Assembly: GCA_967755175.1 (NCBI GenBank)
Contig: CBRAFO010000007.1
Coordinates: 5,633 to 69,632, forward strand
DNA length: 64,000 bases
Source: an uncultured Opitutaceae bacterium
GTDB lineage: Bacteria; Verrucomicrobiota; Verrucomicrobiia; Opitutales; Opitutaceae
Reading direction: 5' to 3'
This document shows, one piece after another, positions 57,366 to 64,000 of this stretch. How positions within the stretch are numbered: position 1 is the stretch's first letter; every line of letters starts with the position of its first letter. Under the pieces are notes generated by a model that was given only the letters and a program-made list of their open reading frames with translations, was not told the origin of the DNA and searched no databases. Both the position numbers and the translations under genes were made by a program.

Positions 57366-58967
57366 TCAGCTACCGTCTTTCGTCCCTTGCCCGATCCGGT
57401 AGTAGTCGAAGTCCACTCGGCCGCCGGCGGTCTTGGTCGAATAATAGAAGAGGGCGAAGCGATAACCCATGAAGTGCGGAACGGTGTATTTAAGGGCCGA
57501 GGGGCGACCGATAGGGGTCCATGATTTGCCGTCGAGGCTGTAGGAGAAGCGCGCGAGTTCAGGCGCGGGCGCGAATTCGCATTCGACCTTGAGGTGAACG
57601 GTTTTGCCGGAGAGGGGGACGGAGGCGATTTCCTCGGGAGTGTCGGAGTCGGCGCTCACCATGACGAGAGAGCGGGTGCTTCCGCTCATCTTTACGCCCA
57701 CAAAACCATAGCGTTTCTGAAATGCGGCGATGCCGGCATAGTCGCCGTCTTTCATGCCGCTCACGTCGATGCTGGTGGCCGCGGAACTGCTAGGACCAAA
57801 GGTGCGCTGGGTGAGGGTATTCCTGGCCTCTGGCAGGGTGGAAACGACCCGGTTGGTGATGATGCTCAGGTAGCCCGGGCGCGCGGTGAGCGACCAGTAA
57901 CGAGGCTCGGGATTGTGATTCCATTGCCAGGCGAGGGGCAGGTTGGGGTCGCCGGGCCGGCGGTTGAATTCGTCGGAGGCGACGATGCCGGAGGCACCGG
58001 AGGCGCCCTGTCCGCCAGCGGGGATATTGAGCATCATGGGCGCCTTGCCGTCTTCGCCGAGAACGGGCCAGCCGTCTTTCCACGTCACGGGCACGAGGTA
58101 AGGGACGCGACCGACGGAGTCGTTGTCCTTGAAAACGTAGGCATACCATTTGCCTTCCGGGGTGTCGATCAGGCCGCCCTGGGCGATACCGCGATCATCG
58201 AGCACGATGCGACCCTCATAGGGACCGGTGAGTGTGTCGGCGCGGTGGACGATGACGGTGCGCGCCCAGCGGGTCCCGGGCGAGGCGATGTTAACGAGGT
58301 AGTAGCGGCCGTTGATCTTGAAAAGCTGCGTGCCCTCGCCTTTGAGCCCTCCCTGGTCGGCGCCGAAGACGGCGTTGACGTTTTCGACGAGCACTTTGTG
58401 CACGCCGTCGGGCTTGATTCCGGAGAGATCGGATTTCAGCTCGGAGATTTCGATGCGAGCGTTCCCATAAACCAGATAGACGCGACCGTCGTCGTCGAAA
58501 AACAGGCTGTGGTCACCGATCGCGGGTTCGAAACTCGTCTCTTTCCACGGGCCGTGATCCGGATCGCGCGTGCTGTAGAAGTGGGTGCGTCCGCTAGTGG
58601 CGGAGAAAGTCGAGGTATAGAACACGCCGTCGTGGTAACGCAGGCTGCTGGCCCACGAGCCGGCACCGTAGGCGTTTTTGCCGTTTTCGAGGCGCATGGC
58701 TTCGTTGTCGGCGAGGGTTTCATAGGCGTAGGAGGCCATGCGCCAATTGACCAGGTCCGTGGACTTCATGATCGGGAGGCCCGGGCTCATGTGCATCGTC
58801 GTGCTGCTCATGTAGTAGGTTTTCCCTACACGCATGATGGCGATGTCCGGGACGTCGGCCCAGATAAGGGGGTTATGAGCAGGATCCGCTGGTGCCGCCG
58901 GAAGCGGCGGAGACGCGACGGAGGCGAGGACGAGACTCACCAAGAGGGAAAGGATCGGGCGGTTCAT
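57366..58967 (-). CDS. GH43 xylosidase-like with C-terminal beta-sandwich
   Basis: NPLIWADVPD, STTMHMSPG, GEGTQ, IAQGGL, SDEFN..LAWQWNHNP. Confidence 0.9.
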   Translation of the reverse strand: MNRPILSLLVSLVLASVASPPLPAAPADPAHNPLIWADVPDIAIMRVGKTYYMSSTTMHMSPGLPIMKSTDLVNWRMASYAYETLADNEAMRLENGKNAYGAGSWASSLRYHDGVFYTSTFSATSGRTHFYSTRDPDHGPWKETSFEPAIGDHSLFFDDDGRVYLVYGNARIEISELKSDLSGIKPDGVHKVLVENVNAVFGADQGGLKGEGTQLFKINGRYYLVNIASPGTRWARTVIVHRADTLTGPYEGRIVLDDRGIAQGGLIDTPEGKWYAYVFKDNDSVGRVPYLVPVTWKDGWPVLGEDGKAPMMLNIPAGGQGASGASGIVASDEFNRRPGDPNLPLAWQWNHNPEPRYWSLTARPGYLSIITNRVVSTLPEARNTLTQRTFGPSSSAATSIDVSGMKDGDYAGIAAFQKRYGFVGVKMSGSTRSLVMVSADSDTPEEIASVPLSGKTVHLKVECEFAPAPELARFSYSLDGKSWTPIGRPSALKYTVPHFMGYRFALFYYSTKTAGGRVDFDYYRIGQGTKDGS

Positions 58968-59052
58968 AGTAGCGGCTGCGAAGAGGAAGAGAGTGGGGGA
59001 ATCACGAATTTTATTGATACTGCTGAGCCGTGGACATGAGGGCTACCACGCT

Positions 59053-60657
59053 TCAGTAGGCGTCAGCATCGCTGATGAGCTTGAACGTGGCATCGCTCTT
59101 GTCGGCGCTGTTGGTGGCCGAAGTGATAATCTCGGTCGTCAGTTTGCCCGTCACCGCCGAGCACCGGAGATAACGGGACGGATCGGCGAGCGACTGGAAA
59201 GCCGTCAGCTTTTTATCCGACGGCACCGGAATTGTTTTAAAGGTCGCACGCCGGCGGAAGTCCACGCTGGCGTCGTTCTTTTCCAAAGCGACGGCATCGC
59301 CTTTCACGGTGAGATAATAGCCCGGATGGGTCACCGACTGCATCGACACCGTGCCGAGCGTGGCCTCGTCGGTCAACCCCTGGGTGACGTCCCAGCGGAA
59401 GGCTCGGTCATCGGCCGGCAAGGTGTCCAACTTCACGTCGAAACCAAGGAAGGTAATATAGTGATCCGCCTGACGGCCCGACTGAATACGAACGGCCCCG
59501 CCAAGCGGTCCGGTCGAGGTGATGAATGATCGCGCGATTGTGCCGTCGGCGTTGTAGCTCATCTTCTCCACGCAAACCGAGCGCCGGCTCTGGCCGCCCG
59601 TCGGCTGGGCGGCGCTGTGGTAGAAGACATACCACTGTCCCTTGAACTCAATGACCGCTGGATGGCTCGTGTCGGAATTGAAATCTCCCTGGCTTCCGTC
59701 GGGGCGACGATTCTCGTTTAGGATAACACCCTTATATTGCCAAGGACCGCGCGGACTGTCGGACATCGCGTAAGCCACCTGCTGGGGCATGCTCATGGCG
59801 TCCACGAGGTAGTATTTTCCTTTCGCTTTATATAGCCAGGGAGCTTCCCCAAATCCACATCCGGGGGGACGATCCTTGATTTCGATCCTCGAAAAAATGT
59901 CCGCGCCTTCGGTTATCTTCCCGTCTCCGTTGAGGTCCTTTAACGAAATCATATCCTCGTTGAGCAAGGCGTAGTGCAACGTGCTATTACCCCAATAAAG
60001 GTAGGCCTGACCATCGTCGTCCACGAAGACGGTCGGGTCTATATCCTCAATGCTGTCCTCGGGACCGCCTGTGGTAATCGCGTTATCAAACAGCGGACCG
60101 CCGATCGCATCGACAAACGGCCCGGTTGGTCGATCCGACACCGCCACAGCTACGCTGTAACCGTGGCCACCCGGACGTCCTGTCGTGGAATATAAAAAAT
60201 ACTTCCCGTGCCGCTTAACCACTTGGCAAGCCCAAGCCGTGCCCCCCGCGGCCCAGGCAAAATCGGTGACCTTCATAACGACCCTTTCGTATTTCCAGTC
60301 CACCATGTCCTTGGTCGAGTAGCAGACCCACTCGTTCATGCTATACCAGCCACCGATGGCCGCCTCGTCGCGTCCGGCATAAACGTAGAGCGTATCGCCC
60401 TCCACCAGCGCGGCGGGATCGGCCGTGAAGAGCGGATTGCCCTCATCATCGCGCTTCAGAACCGGGTTGTAACTCTCGCGTTTCAACGGATGGCCGACCG
60501 GCGGCACGTTCACGTTAAACACCTTCGTGGCGGTGACGCCGTCTTTGCCGATGCCTCCCGCGGCTTGCGCGGAAATCGGAGCAGTCGTAGCTGCCAGCAA
60601 GGCGCAAAGGGACGTGAGGATGACCGGAGAAAGATGACGGAAAAACAGATTGTTCAT
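59053..60657 (-). CDS. GH43 with C-terminal CBM42/AbfB-like domain
   Basis: FTADPAAL, AWAC, DIDPTVFVDDDGQAYLYWGN, FGEAPW; SMQSVTHPGYYL..FRRRATF..FQSL..P.RYLR. Confidence 0.85.
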   Translation of the reverse strand: MNNLFFRHLSPVILTSLCALLAATTAPISAQAAGGIGKDGVTATKVFNVNVPPVGHPLKRESYNPVLKRDDEGNPLFTADPAALVEGDTLYVYAGRDEAAIGGWYSMNEWVCYSTKDMVDWKYERVVMKVTDFAWAAGGTAWACQVVKRHGKYFLYSTTGRPGGHGYSVAVAVSDRPTGPFVDAIGGPLFDNAITTGGPEDSIEDIDPTVFVDDDGQAYLYWGNSTLHYALLNEDMISLKDLNGDGKITEGADIFSRIEIKDRPPGCGFGEAPWLYKAKGKYYLVDAMSMPQQVAYAMSDSPRGPWQYKGVILNENRRPDGSQGDFNSDTSHPAVIEFKGQWYVFYHSAAQPTGGQSRRSVCVEKMSYNADGTIARSFITSTGPLGGAVRIQSGRQADHYITFLGFDVKLDTLPADDRAFRWDVTQGLTDEATLGTVSMQSVTHPGYYLTVKGDAVALEKNDASVDFRRRATFKTIPVPSDKKLTAFQSLADPSRYLRCSAVTGKLTTEIITSATNSADKSDATFKLISDADAY

Positions 60658-60737
60658 GCGAAGAAAAGGCACCGGGCCGAAACTCGGACCCGGTGCTTTG
60701 GGTAATGTGGTGAGGGTGTATGCGCCGCCTGAATAGA

Positions 60738-62668
60738 TCAACGGGGTTGCAGGGTCAGGACCACCACGCTGGTCGGCGGAAGGGTGTAGGTGAACGAGGA
60801 GGCGGTGCCGTTCAGTGTCGTGACGACGGGCACCACATTTTTCGGATGGTCGATGGAGTTGGTGTCATCGGGCTTTGCCGAGAGGGTGGTCACCGTGGTC
60901 TTCGATTTTAACGCGGAGACGCCCTTGAGCTGGAAGGACAGCGTCTGGGGAGTGGCCTCGGGATTCACCAGCTTGAGGAAGATCTCCCCGGTCTTGCTGT
61001 CGCGCGTGGCGCAGCCCTGGACGGGGGATTCCGAGGAGGTGACCGTCAGGAACTCATCGCCGACGTTACGGCTGAACATGCCGAACGCATAGTAGCTCGG
61101 CGAACCGAAAGACGTAAGCGCGTCGTAGCCGATCAGGTTCGGACGCCACTGCCAGGCGCCGGGGTTCACGTTGGCCAACATCGGCGCGTAGCAGTGCATC
61201 TTGACGATGTCTGCATTGCGCTCCATCGCGGCCATGAACACGGCGTCGCCGATGGCGGCCTTCATCGAGGGAGTGGGCGCCATTTTTTTTGCGGCCTCGT
61301 TCCAAGGCGGCACGGCCGAGTCTTCGTGCGCCGCCCATTCACCGAGGAAAACCTCAGGGCCCTTACGGTCCAGGTCCTTTCCGTAATCAGCCGATTTTCT
61401 GAGGTAAGTCTCGGCGCTGCTGTAGTCGTGCCAGTCGCCCATATCGGGCTTACGTCCATCGTGTTTGGCCGTAGGAATGGTCGAGATCAGCTTCAGCCGA
61501 GGATACTTGGCCTTGATGGCATCGGAGAACTGCGCGTAGCGACCGTCGTAGGTGTTCGCCTTGTCAAAGAAGTCTTCATTGCCGATTTCGACGTAGTTAA
61601 GATTAAACGGCTTGGGGTGGCCATCCTTGGCGCGGCGCGCGCCCCACGGGGTGGTGGTGTCTCCGATCACGTATTCGATCTCGTCCAGGGCTTCCTGCAC
61701 AAAGGGTTCCAAGTCGGGTCCCGGTTTGACGTATGCTCCCCAAAGCGAATAGCCGGCGTAAACGCCGAGAACCGGTTCGGCCCCCATGTCCTCGGTCCAT
61801 TGAAGAAATTCCAGGAAGCCCATGCCGTCGCTCGAACGGTAGTTCCATGAACCGTTGTGCCCGGGTCGGTTTTCGATCGGACCGAGCATTTTTTTCCATG
61901 GAAACCGATCTTCAATCCTGTAGCCTTGCACGTAGTTGCCGCCGGGGAAGCGAAGGAATTTGGGGCGGAGGTCCACCATCATTTGCATGAGGTCCTTGCG
62001 GAGGCCGTTCGGGCGGTCGTTCCAGGTCGGCGGGAACAGCGAGACGAGGTTGAGCCAGACCGTGCCCGGCCGGTCCTGCGTGATTTGAAAACGCGCCTTC
62101 GCGGTGGGCGCGACTTTGTCGGTCGCGAGCGTCACTTCGAACTTCGTCCATTTTGGCGTCAGTCCCGAGAGGGTTTTCGCGGCAAAGACTTGGCGTCCGT
62201 CGTCACTCACGATGGACACCGTGAGCGGGCCGGAGAACCCGGCTTCCGCCCGCGCCCACAGCGAGGCGCGGTAATGGGTTCGGGGATGCACGGGGATGCC
62301 CCAGTAGCCGGTGTTTGCGACACCCGCGGGACTCTGCTTAGACGCTTGGGTGACCGTGAGCCGCAGGCTGGTCGGGAGCTGGTCGTTGAGGGGATCCGCG
62401 GAGTCGAGCGCGATGGTCGCGACCGACGGATCGTCCGCCACCACCACCAGTGCACCGGCGTGTCGGCGTTGTCGCGGAACGCACGGTTTTGAATCAGTTC
62501 CGCGTAGAGACCGCCATCGTAGGAATGGTTGATCTCCTCGGTCATCAGGCCGTAGAGACGCGGGCTCACGTCCCCGGCCGAACGGGTGGCGTCAATCGTG
62601 AAACTTGGACCGGCGATCAGTGCGGCGGCGGAGGCGAATAGGAGTGCGAAGGTGCGGATTGGATTCAT
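60738..62668 (-). pseudogene. GH51 arabinofuranosidase split by a 1-bp frameshift (or sequencing error)
   Basis: N-part YGLMTEEINHSYDGGLYAELIQNRAF in ORF 62207-62695; remainder (RFPGGN, EIGNED, FLGEWA) in ORF 60738-62447; switch in the (TGG)4 run at ~62438-62450. Confidence 0.85.
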
Positions 62669-62691
62669 TGGGATTTTCGAAAAGGGGCGGT

Positions 62692-62784
62692 TCATTGCGA
62701 CTTGCCGCCCGTGAAAACAAAGGCGGCGAGAGTCGCGCAGGCGGAGAACAGGCGGAGGGTGGATGATAGGGGTGATGCAATCAT
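62692..62784 (-). pseudogene. 30-aa orphan signal-peptide remnant
   Basis: MIASPLSSTLRLFSACATLAAFVFTGGKSQ*; 15/21 identical to the signal peptide of the 54828 GH43. Confidence 0.6.
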
Positions 62785-62968
62785 GAGGACGGGATTTGTT
62801 GAAAAGAAAGGAGGCGGGAATCCGCCGGACATGGGGCCGCCGAGGTCAGCGGGGCACGCCGGCGGATCACCCGCGCGCGGGAGGGGTCGATGTTATGGCT
62901 TCAGGGATAAGGTGGCGGTGAGGCGGTCCAAAACTCGCCCGACCCCTTCGGATAAGTTACGATGCGGA

Positions 62969-63994
62969 TCAGTTGACGTGTCGCGTCGTGTTGCCGTCGC
63001 GCCAGACGCCATCGACGTGGACCGTGCGCGGGGCCGCGAGCAGTCCGCGCTCGTTGCGCTGGAGTCGCCCGATGAGCATGTCCACGGAGGCCTCGCCGAT
63101 ATCGCGCGTGCGCTCGTCGATGCCGGACATGCCGACGGGCGCACAACCGAGTTCCAACGCGGCGACGCCGAGTTCCTCGGGCACGGCGGCCACTTCACGG
63201 ATGACGCGCAACATGTAGTCCGCGCTGGAGAGCAGCACGGCATCCGGTCGTTCCTTCCGCAGCCAAGCTCGCACAATTTCGGGCGTCGTATCATCGCCGT
63301 GGAGCATCAGCGGAGCCACCCGTCTTTCCGGGGGTAGCTGATTGAGCTTCACGAGATTCGCCGCCTCGTATTGGTGCTCACAGCGGATGTTCAGGACGGG
63401 GTTGTCGAGAAAACCGATGCGCTGGTAACCTCGGGCTTCCAGCACTGCCCACGCGCGGTTGAAGTTGTGAAAGTAATCGATGCAGGTGCGAGAGAGTCCG
63501 AGCGTCGAGACCGATAAGTCGGTGGTAACCGCGGCGAAATTTTCCCATCGGGTGAATCGACTTGGGCCGGTATGGAGTTTGGGCGCGAGAATCAGGCCGT
63601 GGATACCGCGGGTGACGAGGATTTGGTTCAATCGTTCCGGCGGCGTGTCATGGGCTCCTACGCGAAACTCCTCAATCAGATAACCGCGTCGTTTGGCCTG
63701 CGACTCCATCCCCGCCCACATGGCCTGAAAAATCGGGTAGTTGCGCCAGTTCCAGTGCGCTTCGGGCTCGTTAAGCACGGCGAGCACGGTATCGCGTCGC
63801 GTGGCATGGAGGCGCGACATCAGAAGCGAGATCAACGGGTCGGGCTGGTAGCCCAGCTCGCTCGCGGCCTTGAGCACTCGCTCTTTGGTGGCGGTCGCGA
63901 TCTCCGGGTGGTTGCGCATGGCCATCGATACGGTCGATCGGCCAAGCCCCACTTTGCGGGCAATATCGGCCATGGTGATGAGGCGGGCAGGCAT
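62969..63994 (-). CDS. LacI-family transcriptional regulator
   Basis: ITMADIARKVGLGRSTVSMAMR..ASELGYQPDP; paralog of 21228-22256. Confidence 0.9.
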   Translation of the reverse strand: MPARLITMADIARKVGLGRSTVSMAMRNHPEIATATKERVLKAASELGYQPDPLISLLMSRLHATRRDTVLAVLNEPEAHWNWRNYPIFQAMWAGMESQAKRRGYLIEEFRVGAHDTPPERLNQILVTRGIHGLILAPKLHTGPSRFTRWENFAAVTTDLSVSTLGLSRTCIDYFHNFNRAWAVLEARGYQRIGFLDNPVLNIRCEHQYEAANLVKLNQLPPERRVAPLMLHGDDTTPEIVRAWLRKERPDAVLLSSADYMLRVIREVAAVPEELGVAALELGCAPVGMSGIDERTRDIGEASVDMLIGRLQRNERGLLAAPRTVHVDGVWRDGNTTRHVN

Positions 63995-64000
63995 TTCTGA

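Overview
High-GC bacterial window. PEP-CTERM, PilX-like and C-terminal sorting signatures point to Verrucomicrobia (Opitutaceae-like); this is inference. Four blocks. (1) 1-20.2 kb is a surface/secretion block: NarL-type regulator, PEP-CTERM protein, giant PilX/GspK-like pseudopilin plus partner, and two tandem giant modular proteins (alginate-lyase-fold domain + LamG/FN3). (2) 20.5-38.7 kb holds a RelE/ParE-type toxin-antitoxin pair, a LacI regulator and a + strand glycoside hydrolase arm (GH51, GH43s, GH35, GH59, membrane-anchored lyase, GH31 pseudogene). (3) 39.8-53.4 kb, after an AT-rich spacer, is a tight six-gene redox operon: LodA/GoxA-family CTQ amino-acid oxidase, its LodB flavoprotein, a ~2000-aa MnxG-like multicopper oxidase, a beta-propeller, a tandem SCO1/SenC protein and a cytochrome c/solute-binding fusion. 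(4) 53.5-64 kb is a convergent - strand hydrolase arm (GH43s, frameshifted GH51, LacI). The best candidate for an undescribed system is block 3: a likely H2O2-producing quinoprotein oxidase coupled to a Mn-oxidase-type module, between two decaying plant-glycan arms. Its right edge coincides with a truncated GH43_24-like remnant. I saw no rRNA, tRNA, CRISPR array, integrase or transposase. All calls come from motif reading; no searches were run.
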